Translations under genes and position numbers: made by a program
Shown: one piece after another, positions 18,847 to 26,843 of the stretch
Numbering within the stretch: position 1 is the stretch's first letter
Layout of the letters: each line of letters starts with the position of its first letter
The notes under the pieces: generated by a model
The model's database searches: none
Seen by the model: only the letters and a program-made list of their open reading frames with translations
Told to the model about the DNA's origin: nothing
Assembly: GCA_944380315.1 (NCBI GenBank)
Contig: CALWHG010000006.1
Span: 7,387-71,386, forward strand
DNA from: an uncultured Lachnospiraceae bacterium
GTDB taxonomy: Bacteria; Bacillota; Clostridia; Lachnospirales; Lachnospiraceae
DNA: 64,000 nt
Direction: 5' to 3'

Positions 18847-19806
18847 TCAGATCTTGCGTGTATTTTTGTTTAAAGGGTATAACATTGCGATCAGGATAAA
18901 GTAAAGAACCAGCACGCTCAATACTATATACTGATAGTATTGAGAAATGCCAATAAGCTGTAGTCCATTTTCTATGACCCCCACTATAAGAATGGCTACA
19001 AAGAAATTGCTAAGCGGTACTCTCCGCTTGATGTCGCTGTTTTTTATAAGCAGGCCCCCTCCACCTGCTATACATACCGCAAACAGTCCGTCCAGCTCCA
19101 TGCCGACTCCCATGTTAGACACGGCAAGCCCCTGCCTGGAAAGAAGTATAAGAGAAGCGAAGAAAAACAATATGCTTCCTATAACATAGATCATACATTT
19201 ATACCTTTTTACCCCTATGCCATTCTGTGCCAGGACTCTTTCGTCATATCCCATGGCCAGTATATTCTTTCCCGCCACCGTACTCGAAAAGATCCCGCCA
19301 AATATCAGCAGGCTTATGATCACCACTATATGACTTGATGTAAGCATACCATTGTTGAGGGATGAAATACCCAGTATGCTGTCCGGAATGTCCGAATACA
19401 TCATGCCTCCGGATATAAGGTAGGAAAGACCCTGAAATAGCTTCTGAGTTATGAGAGTAACGATAAATGAAGGGATGCCCACCACCGCTACAAGAGATCC
19501 ATTCAATAATCCACATAAGATCCCGGTGAGAAGCCCTGAAGCCAGACATATATATGTAGGAACTCCAAGGGAAAACATCTTTCCCATCAGGACACCTACC
19601 AGGGAGATCTGATATCCCAGTGAAAGATCTATCTCTCCTCCCAGTACTATAAATGACAAGCCTATGATCATAACTATCCTGTATTCATTCTGCATCCAGA
19701 AATTATACAGGTTGAATGCCGAGAGAAAATTTGGATTTACAGCAGTAAATGCCAGTATCAGGATCGCCAGCATGCTCCTTGTAGCATTGAACCTTAAGCC
19801 TTTCAT
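18847..19806 (-). CDS. Ribose/xylose-type (CUT2, BPD_transp_2) ABC permease-like membrane protein
   Basis: 319 aa, polytopic. It has the GGEIDLSLG motif (compare RbsC GGIDLSVG). The start overlaps the upstream stop (ATGA). Confidence 0.8.
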   Translation of the reverse strand: MKGLRFNATRSMLAILILAFTAVNPNFLSAFNLYNFWMQNEYRIVMIIGLSFIVLGGEIDLSLGYQISLVGVLMGKMFSLGVPTYICLASGLLTGILCGLLNGSLVAVVGIPSFIVTLITQKLFQGLSYLISGGMMYSDIPDSILGISSLNNGMLTSSHIVVIISLLIFGGIFSSTVAGKNILAMGYDERVLAQNGIGVKRYKCMIYVIGSILFFFASLILLSRQGLAVSNMGVGMELDGLFAVCIAGGGGLLIKNSDIKRRVPLSNFFVAILIVGVIENGLQLIGISQYYQYIVLSVLVLYFILIAMLYPLNKNTRKI

Positions 19807-21017
19807 GCGTACTCCTCCGAAAAGATATCCAGCATGGAAATACCTGGATCATACAACACCACCATGCCTGTTTCTCCAGTCCTTTCATCATAGCCTGAGT
19901 AAAAACTGTAGCCATAAAAGATCTCGCCTCTTTTCGTAAGCAGATTACGTATTATGTTATCCGCTTCCCTTTCTATGACAAAATCTCCTACAAAGCCCCT
20001 GAATACACCATTACCATTTATGGATCTCTCTACCAGCTCTCTGTTTTTCAATGTATTGTATGCGCCAAAAACAGCTATCTCCTCTGCCTTATGGGTCAAT
20101 TCACCCTGCTCGATAAACTCCTCCAAGCGAAATGCTGCTCCTATGGCAGCCTCTCCGCTGGTAGCAATGACTATCTGTATATCTATATTTTCAGGATTGC
20201 TTAGGATCCCGTCTATCGCTCTTTGTCCTTCAAGATTGGTCTGCACATTTGAATAATTATCTCCTGTGATCAGGCTTATCCTTGGCTCATAATAAAGGTT
20301 TACTATAGCTTCCCCGTCTTCATCCAGGATAAGTCCGCCTGTAGGCTCTTCCACCTGTCTTGTAACTCCATAACCGTCCGTATAATATACAGGCCCACTT
20401 TCATATCTCTCAAAGGTCATGCTCTGAAGATCATATCTTCTAAGATATTTCTCAGAGATAAGCTGATACCCGGCCATGGACATGATCTCTCTTTCCGTCG
20501 ACGCATCTCCCAAAAGAAGAGTCTTTACTGAACCCTCCTCTGTGACTTCATTTCTATCCAGGAAATCCTTGATAAGCACAGAGATACACAAGCCCTTACT
20601 GAGATGCGAATTAAGCATCTGGATATCGGCATTGGCCATGGCTCTCGCAGAGCCAAATGTCACAACCTGTATATCCCTTTTCTTTGCTTCCCGGAAAAGT
20701 CTCTCATATGCAGACGCATCACCCATACACTCGACTATCAGTGCCTCAGGCCTCATGGCGATAAAGTTCTCTATCTGATTTATCTGGGCATTGATATCAT
20801 TCCCACAATAAGCTACTCTGATCCCTCCATGATAATCAGAAAGTCGGTTTTTAAATTCATTTACGGTCTCTACGGTAAAACTGTTATCAGGGGATATCAT
20901 CGAAAGGCATGCATAGGGTGCTTCTTTCTCCTCTCTCTGCGTAAACATCAGCAGCACAAAATATACTGCTGTCATGATCACAAGCATTATGAAAATATCC
21001 CTTAGCCTTTTTGCCAT
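19803..21017 (-). CDS. Membrane-anchored periplasmic-binding-protein type I (RbsB-like) domain protein
   Basis: 404 aa. N-terminal uncleaved TM helix (IFIMLVIMTAVYFVLLMF) with no lipobox, then a sugar-binding-like fold (INQIENFIAMRPEALIVECMGD...DIQVVTFGS). Confidence 0.65.
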   Translation of the reverse strand: MAKRLRDIFIMLVIMTAVYFVLLMFTQREEKEAPYACLSMISPDNSFTVETVNEFKNRLSDYHGGIRVAYCGNDINAQINQIENFIAMRPEALIVECMGDASAYERLFREAKKRDIQVVTFGSARAMANADIQMLNSHLSKGLCISVLIKDFLDRNEVTEEGSVKTLLLGDASTEREIMSMAGYQLISEKYLRRYDLQSMTFERYESGPVYYTDGYGVTRQVEEPTGGLILDEDGEAIVNLYYEPRISLITGDNYSNVQTNLEGQRAIDGILSNPENIDIQIVIATSGEAAIGAAFRLEEFIEQGELTHKAEEIAVFGAYNTLKNRELVERSINGNGVFRGFVGDFVIEREADNIIRNLLTKRGEIFYGYSFYSGYDERTGETGMVVLYDPGISMLDIFSEEYA

Positions 21018-21037
21018 GCCTTTTTCCTATAAAATAT

Positions 21038-22429
21038 TCATCTTGAAAAGATCAAAGCTGTTGATATCTGATGGTGATCCATCCTGTCACTGCAGCTCCC
21101 ACCAGATATAAGATAATAACCATCTGCAAAATCTGAAAATCTCTCGAGTGTAGTTATTCCTACCACTATAGACCCCTGTGCTGTAAGCTCTGAAAGAGCA
21201 TCCCTTACCATCTTTCTGCAATTCTGATCCAGTATCTGGAAATGTCTGAATATGAGCACATCCGGTTTTTCTATCCTTAACTTAAACACTGCCATCTCGA
21301 TCCTGTCTTTTATGGTAAGCCCTTGGCAGTCCGTCATGTCCATATATTTTTTGTTTCCAGACCATTCCGTAAATTCCTTCAGGAAATAGCTTTTCAGATG
21401 AGCTTTTAACAATCCATGATCACTTATCCTGTCATCAAGTCCAAAAACCAGATTGTCTGCTGGTGTCATCCATCTTATCAAGGCCCCAAATTCAGTAAAA
21501 TCTATCTGCCTAGTCCTTACCTCTCGTCTTGAGAGTGCTCCGGGTCCCAGGACCTGATAAGCAGCTACATTCTTAAACGGTCTGTTCAAAGTCCTTTCCG
21601 GGTCAATGATCATGATAAACTCTCCCTTCCTGGCACCGATGGAAAAATCCGGAAAGCTTATCCTTAAGGCTTCATGCAAGTTCCCTGTCACAGTCCCTGT
21701 TTTATCCAGTCCTATATCCAGAGGGCTTCCTCCATAGATATTTGTATCAAATGTTCCTTTGCTTGATCGATCATCTACCCATATACATCGTCCGTTTTCT
21801 ATATAATTTATCCTGTCCAGTAAAGAAGAATACCATCCCTGATCGATCCCTGATATAAGGACTGATACACCCATTTCCCTGCATTTTTTCAGCAATGTCT
21901 CCATCAAAGTGAAAGCAGAGGAATCATATTCCAGCTGTGTATCCTCTGCCATGATCAGCTCTGTACCTCTCAATATCTCTTTTATGACCGCTACCACAAA
22001 TTTTTCTACAGGCTTCAGCCTCTCAACCGCTGTATCTGCATCTAACCTGATGCCATAGCCATAGATCAATTCCTGTACTTTATTTTTAACATTTGTCGAT
22101 AATAAGATCCCTTCTCCAGGCTTCCTGAATACAGTCATGTTTTCCCATATGGTCATGTTGTCAATAAGACCATAGTTGTTTTTCAGGTGTCTAGTTCTGA
22201 GTGGCCATTTCTCATCTTTCCATGGCACAGGTCTTCCCTTATAAAACCTATATCCCTTTTCCGGGACCAGGCTTCCCTCTATCGCCCCCATGACAAGAGA
22301 TTTGCCTGAATGAAAATCTCCTATGATCCCGACTGCCTCTCCCTTCAATATGTCAATATCGGCACCATATAATGCGGAATTATTCTTTTTTGTATAAACG
22401 GATCTAAGCCGGACAAGCTCATCCTTCAT
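21038..22429 (-). CDS. Tandem-NBD ABC ATPase homologue (RbsA/XylG-like) with degenerate catalytic motifs
   Basis: 463 aa. NBD1 keeps the P-loop GDFHSGKS, but the signature is LKPVEKF, Walker B is LIMAEDT and the H-loop is LISGID. NBD2 has no P-loop (IIDPERTLN), signature LTIKDRIE, and Walker B VLIFRHFQ. Confidence 0.7.
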   Translation of the reverse strand: MKDELVRLRSVYTKKNNSALYGADIDILKGEAVGIIGDFHSGKSLVMGAIEGSLVPEKGYRFYKGRPVPWKDEKWPLRTRHLKNNYGLIDNMTIWENMTVFRKPGEGILLSTNVKNKVQELIYGYGIRLDADTAVERLKPVEKFVVAVIKEILRGTELIMAEDTQLEYDSSAFTLMETLLKKCREMGVSVLISGIDQGWYSSLLDRINYIENGRCIWVDDRSSKGTFDTNIYGGSPLDIGLDKTGTVTGNLHEALRISFPDFSIGARKGEFIMIIDPERTLNRPFKNVAAYQVLGPGALSRREVRTRQIDFTEFGALIRWMTPADNLVFGLDDRISDHGLLKAHLKSYFLKEFTEWSGNKKYMDMTDCQGLTIKDRIEMAVFKLRIEKPDVLIFRHFQILDQNCRKMVRDALSELTAQGSIVVGITTLERFSDFADGYYLISGGSCSDRMDHHQISTALIFSR

Positions 22430-23189
22430 CAGACCACTCCGTCCTTACCGGTAAAAAGATCTCTATAAATGTCCCTATCCCCACAAAGCTTTTGATAGTC
22501 AGACCATATTCTCTTCCAAATAACAGCTGTATACGTCTGTGTACATTTCTAAGCCCGACCCCATGATCTCCAGTCTGTTCCGATCCCTCGTACTGAATCA
22601 GCGTCTCAAGCCTTCCAAGCTGCTGAGGCGACATGCCAGATCCATTGTCTGCTATTATGACACTGAGGTTGTTATTTACGATCTCGGCTTTTAAAGTTAC
22701 CTTTCCTCCTGTCGTGATATCGTTGAAGGCATGAAGGATAGAGTTTTCAACTATGGGCTGTAGACACAGCTTAGGCATCATACAGGCCAATATACGCTCC
22801 TTGTCATTTTCATCCATGTCTATCTTCAGCGAAAACTTATCTTTGAATCTGTACTTCTGTATCTCTATATAGTTCTTCAGATTCGTAAGCTCTTCCTCGA
22901 AGGTCACTACAGATCCCTTTACGCTTACATTGTATCTAAAAAAAGATCCAAGGGCCTTGACCGTATCAGCCAGGTCATACATCCCTTCATTGAGAGCCTC
23001 TCCTCTTATACACTCCAACGTGTTATAAAGGAAATGTGGATTGATCTGATTTTGAAGATAGGTTATATCTGCCTGTTTCTGAGCCAGATCCTTTTCAAAT
23101 CCAGCGCTTCTTGTCATCAGCTCCTGTTCCACCCGGTTCTTCACTATCTCTTCAAATCTTTTCGTAGTAAGCACCATAAGCTTTTCCAT
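22419..23189 (-). CDS. Soluble histidine kinase core (LytS/YesM-type His_kinase plus HATPase_c) with no TM, HAMP or sensor domain
   Basis: 256 aa. H-box QINPHFLYNTLE, N-box IVENSILHAF, G1 DNGSGM, G2 GVGLRNV. Only a coiled-coil-like 45 aa precedes the H-box. Confidence 0.85.
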   Translation of the reverse strand: MEKLMVLTTKRFEEIVKNRVEQELMTRSAGFEKDLAQKQADITYLQNQINPHFLYNTLECIRGEALNEGMYDLADTVKALGSFFRYNVSVKGSVVTFEEELTNLKNYIEIQKYRFKDKFSLKIDMDENDKERILACMMPKLCLQPIVENSILHAFNDITTGGKVTLKAEIVNNNLSVIIADNGSGMSPQQLGRLETLIQYEGSEQTGDHGVGLRNVHRRIQLLFGREYGLTIKSFVGIGTFIEIFLPVRTEWSDEG

Positions 23190-23195
23190 GATGTA

Positions 23196-24809
23196 TCACC
23201 CGTATATCCTTCGGTACTCCGTAGGCTTTATGCCCATTTTCTTCCTGAAAAGCTTGCTGAAATATCTTGCATCGGTAAATCCAAGGGTATCTGCTATCTC
23301 ATTTATATTCATATTGCTTCCGGAAAGAAGCTCGCATGATTTTTTGATCTTATAAAGAGATACATACTCATTAAAGCTCTGTCCTGTCTTTCTGGTAAAT
23401 AAAGCAGAAAAATAGCTTGGATTGAGATTTACTACCCTTGCCACATCTTCAAGCTTTATAGGCTCTTTATAATGCTCTTCCACATAAGCACAGGCAAGTC
23501 TTATAGGCTTTAAGCTGCGTTTTTCAACCAGCTCAGAGCATTCACTTATCCTGGCTCTGTATATGTTAAGCAATCTAGTTTTGTAATCTTCAAGCGAATC
23601 TGCTTCTCCCATCATCGAAACCAGATCCTCTTCCTCACCGTCCAATTCAATACCAGTCCTTTGTTCAAAGCTGGTTTTGCAATCATTAAGCATGTCTCCC
23701 AGTCCAAACACAAATGAAGCAAAATCCTTTGAGATCTGCATGGATCTGGGCATCAGGAATATTTCGTTTATGATCTTGTCGAAGCTCTTAGCCTCAAGTA
23801 TATCCCAGGTATGCTTTATCTGCTCAGTCCATTCCCTGGGCTTTACTCCGAGTTCATAATTTGAAAGTCTTTCACTCCATATCACCTTATTTGTCCCAAG
23901 TCCAAAGCGAGCAAAGACCGCCAACCAGCAGCTTTTATATACAGAGGGTATCAGATGAGATTCCGTAGTCCTTTCACCTACACACATGGTTATATGCATA
24001 CCGCGAAAAACATCCACAAATATCTTTGCATCATCATATATAGCCTTCAGTTCTTTTTCAAACAGGTCATGCTCTTCCCTTTTATAATTAAGCAGTATGT
24101 TTATGTATTTATCTCCGGAATAGCATATATGTTCAAAGCAAAAGCCTGACATCCTTTTTTCAATGATATCAAGCAATTTCTTAATTATCGAATTGATCTG
24201 CTCATCTTTGCTTTTTTCTATACGCTGGTCATCTATGCAAAGGCAACAAAAGCAAAAGTATCCCGGCTGAAGCTTGAGCATATACTCTCTGTTTATACTC
24301 TCAAGGGTATGAAAAACAAGATTGGCTTGGTCATTGCCCTTTTCCGATGCAGTCCTAAGCACGTTTGACATAAAATAGTTGTGTATGGATTCAATGTAAG
24401 GAGAATCATCCTTAGGCTGCGCCTTATCATTTAATTCCTTGATCACCTTTTTCAGTGTCTCATTGAGCTCCTCTTCATCCACGGGCTTTAGAAGGTAATC
24501 GTTGACCTTATATTTCAATGCATTATATGCGTATTCAAACTGATGGTATCCGCTAAGGACTATAAAGCTGACATTGTAGCTGTTTTCATTGCACCACCTT
24601 ATGACCTCAAGTCCGTCCATAATTGGCATGTGAATATCAGTTATAACTATATCCGGCTTTGTCTTTTCTATAGCATCGCGCAGACTTTCCCCGTCAAAAA
24701 CAAGAGCTGTGAGCTCAAGCCCCAGTTCATCAAATCTTATAAGGCGTTTCAGCATCTCACATATATTCTGCTCATCATCTGCGATTATGATCTTAAACCT
24801 GTCTTTCAT
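23196..24809 (-). CDS. Response regulator with a C-terminal AraC-type HTH (YesN family)
   Basis: REC domain (IIIADDE, VITDIHMP, YLLKP), a long middle domain, and an AraC HTH (INEIADTLGFTDARYFSKLFRKKMGIKPTEYRR). Confidence 0.9.
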   Translation of the reverse strand: MKDRFKIIIADDEQNICEMLKRLIRFDELGLELTALVFDGESLRDAIEKTKPDIVITDIHMPIMDGLEVIRWCNENSYNVSFIVLSGYHQFEYAYNALKYKVNDYLLKPVDEEELNETLKKVIKELNDKAQPKDDSPYIESIHNYFMSNVLRTASEKGNDQANLVFHTLESINREYMLKLQPGYFCFCCLCIDDQRIEKSKDEQINSIIKKLLDIIEKRMSGFCFEHICYSGDKYINILLNYKREEHDLFEKELKAIYDDAKIFVDVFRGMHITMCVGERTTESHLIPSVYKSCWLAVFARFGLGTNKVIWSERLSNYELGVKPREWTEQIKHTWDILEAKSFDKIINEIFLMPRSMQISKDFASFVFGLGDMLNDCKTSFEQRTGIELDGEEEDLVSMMGEADSLEDYKTRLLNIYRARISECSELVEKRSLKPIRLACAYVEEHYKEPIKLEDVARVVNLNPSYFSALFTRKTGQSFNEYVSLYKIKKSCELLSGSNMNINEIADTLGFTDARYFSKLFRKKMGIKPTEYRRIYG

Positions 24810-24951
24810 CTAAAACCCCTGAAAATTCCACAAAACCCAATCTGTTTTTGCTGATAAATCGTTAATATTATACGAAATATATAACTGCTTTTCAATAAAT
24901 GTAATCATATAATCGATTAAAAGTAACGATATATATAATCATGGAGAATAC

Positions 24952-25290
24952 ATGGAACGAGACAGGGCAAAATTTGACATACTGCAAAGAATACTTGAAG
25001 AGCGGAACATACGGGGATGGTCAGAATATACCCTCGCCCAGAGATCAGAGGTCCCGCAATCTACTATCTCTACATGGTACAGAAAAAATCTCCAGCCCTC
25101 TGTAGCTTCCATAGAAAAGATATGCAATGCATTTGATATGACACTTGCTCAATCCTTTTCTAAATATGATTCAGATTCTGTCAAGTTGTCAAAGGATCAG
25201 GCTGAACTTCTCACTCTATGGGATTCTCTTTCAAAAGATCAGAGGGACAGCATCCTGGCTATGATCAGATCTTTCGTGAAGAATCCATAA
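24952..25290 (+). CDS. XRE-family helix-turn-helix transcriptional regulator
   Basis: 112 aa with HTH WSEYTLAQRSEVPQSTISTWYRKNLQPSVASIEKICNAF. A GGAG RBS precedes the ATG. Confidence 0.8.
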   Translation: MERDRAKFDILQRILEERNIRGWSEYTLAQRSEVPQSTISTWYRKNLQPSVASIEKICNAFDMTLAQSFSKYDSDSVKLSKDQAELLTLWDSLSKDQRDSILAMIRSFVKNP

Positions 25291-25414
25291 ATCATTCTTT
25301 ATGTCAAAAACTCAAATATGTGAAAAATCTGCCTCCGTATATGTGCCAATGGATGTCTGCAGCCTCGAAGAGGCAAAGGGCCCTTGGCAAATATGCGGAG
25401 GAGCATTTTTCTAC

Positions 25415-25443
25415 TTGTTAAAATCCCCTTTATGTACTAATAT
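25415..25443 (+). promoter_or_regulatory. Sigma-70-type promoter of brnQ
   Basis: TTGTTA, a 17-nt spacer, then TAATAT, ending 29 nt upstream of the brnQ ATG. Confidence 0.5.
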
Positions 25444-25449
25444 TAGTAC
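25434..25449 (+). promoter_or_regulatory. Perfect 16-bp palindrome (candidate operator) overlapping the brnQ -10 box
   Basis: GTACTAATATTAGTAC is self-complementary across all 16 positions. Confidence 0.5.
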
Positions 25450-25472
25450 AATTACCCTCAAAGGAGGCAGGC

Positions 25473-26663
25473 ATGAAAAAACTGGACAGCGCAAAGCTCA
25501 TACTTGTAGGAGTAACTCTGTTTTCCATGTTCTTCGGAGCTGGAAACCTTATTTTCCCACCTTATCTGGGCTATCTTGCAGGAGAAAAGACGATCTCTGC
25601 ATTTGCAGGCTTCATGATCACGGCGGTCATATTTCCCGTGCTTGGCGTGACGGCCGTGGCAAAGACAGGTGGCCTTGACCACCTCTGTCAGAAGGTACAT
25701 CCGGGATTTGCCCTGCTATTTTCATTTGCAGTCTATCTGTGTATAGGTCCCATGCTGGCCATACCCAGGACAGCCAGCACGAGCTATGCCATGTTTGGCT
25801 TTCTGACCGGCAGGCTTGGAGAGGGCACCTTTCTCGGCATGGATGTCCAGCTTGCGGCAAGTCTCCTGTACTCGCTGCTCTTTTTCCTTGCAGCCGGCAT
25901 AGTAGCCAAGCGTCCTGAAAAGCTGAAGGACAGGCTGGGCAAAAGACTGACTCCCATACTCATACTTCTCATCATAGTGCTATTCATAGCGGGCCTTGCC
26001 CACGGAGAGCTTTCCGTAAACAGCTCCTCCGGAGCATATGCAGCCTCCGCCTTTGGTACCGGATTCGTGGAGGGCTATAACACCATGGACACTCTGGCAG
26101 CCATGGTATTTGGCATAGTCATAGCGATGAACATAAGAGATCTGGGCATAGAAAACAATGGCGCTATAGCCAGGGAGACCATCAGAGGCGGAGTCATAGC
26201 AGGCATATTCCTTGCATCCATGTATGGCATGCTGGCATTTTTGGGGATGCGAAGCGGCGACCTCATCAGCGGTGCCCAAAATGGAACGGAGATACTTACC
26301 GCCCTTGCCGGAGGATTTTTCGGAGATCTGGGGTCAGTCATACTGGCAGTTATCTATTTCATAGCCTGCTTCAATGTATGCGTAGGTCTCATATCCAGCT
26401 GCGCCAAGTTCTTTGCGGAAAAGCTGCATTTTCTGGGCTTTGATGCCTGGCGCTGGATACTGACGGCCTGGAGCTTTGGCATATCCATCATGGGGCTCAA
26501 TACCATACTGTCCATATCGGTGCCCATACTGAGCATCATCTACCCTGTAGCCATGGCAGTCATCATACTCAATCTGCTGCCCATAAAGGCACTGGAAAAG
26601 CCCATCGTGCATAAGCTGGTGGTGGCCGCGGCCCTGCTTTACGGGATATATACGGTGATCTGA
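25473..26663 (+). CDS. brnQ: Branched-chain amino acid transport system II carrier protein
   Basis: 396 aa: LVGVTLFSMFFGAGNLIFPPYLG and a polytopic LIVCS-family layout. Confidence 0.9.
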   Translation: MKKLDSAKLILVGVTLFSMFFGAGNLIFPPYLGYLAGEKTISAFAGFMITAVIFPVLGVTAVAKTGGLDHLCQKVHPGFALLFSFAVYLCIGPMLAIPRTASTSYAMFGFLTGRLGEGTFLGMDVQLAASLLYSLLFFLAAGIVAKRPEKLKDRLGKRLTPILILLIIVLFIAGLAHGELSVNSSSGAYAASAFGTGFVEGYNTMDTLAAMVFGIVIAMNIRDLGIENNGAIARETIRGGVIAGIFLASMYGMLAFLGMRSGDLISGAQNGTEILTALAGGFFGDLGSVILAVIYFIACFNVCVGLISSCAKFFAEKLHFLGFDAWRWILTAWSFGISIMGLNTILSISVPILSIIYPVAMAVIILNLLPIKALEKPIVHKLVVAAALLYGIYTVI

Positions 26664-26717
26664 CCAGACCTTGAGACATAAGCAACGCCTGGGCTTCCAA
26701 CAATGTCCAGAATTTGA

Positions 26718-26746
26718 TTGACAAACAAAGTGCTTTGCCTCATACT
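26718..26746 (+). promoter_or_regulatory. Possible promoter of the degraded type III toxin-antitoxin locus
   Basis: TTGACA, a 17-nt spacer, then CATACT (a weak -10). Confidence 0.3.
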
Positions 26747-26794
26747 ATAGAAAAAGAGGTGTACCCTACCGTTAAGTGGGAGCTAAAAAAGTCC

Positions 26795-26827
26795 GGGCTG
26801 AGCCTTTTGGCTCAGCCCTAAATTTAC
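26795..26827 (+). terminator. Strong hairpin between the short leader RNA and the toxN-like ORF. It may also terminate brnQ.
   Basis: GGGCTGAGCC-TTTT-GGCTCAGCCC is a perfect 10-bp stem, followed by TAAATTT (a weak U-tract). Confidence 0.5.
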
Positions 26828-26843
26828 CCAAGGAGGTGATTTT

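Noticed and set aside
25291-25472. A T-box or other riboswitch leader upstream of brnQ.
   Set aside because: Only about 30 nt lie between the predicted -10 and the ATG. I saw no specifier/T-box motif and no terminator/antiterminator pair.
25301-25678. A 125-aa plus-strand ORF spanning the XRE-brnQ intergenic region and the 5' end of brnQ.
   Set aside because: It runs out of frame through the brnQ promoter, RBS and first 68 codons. It has no RBS and a Cys/Arg-rich nonsense-like composition.
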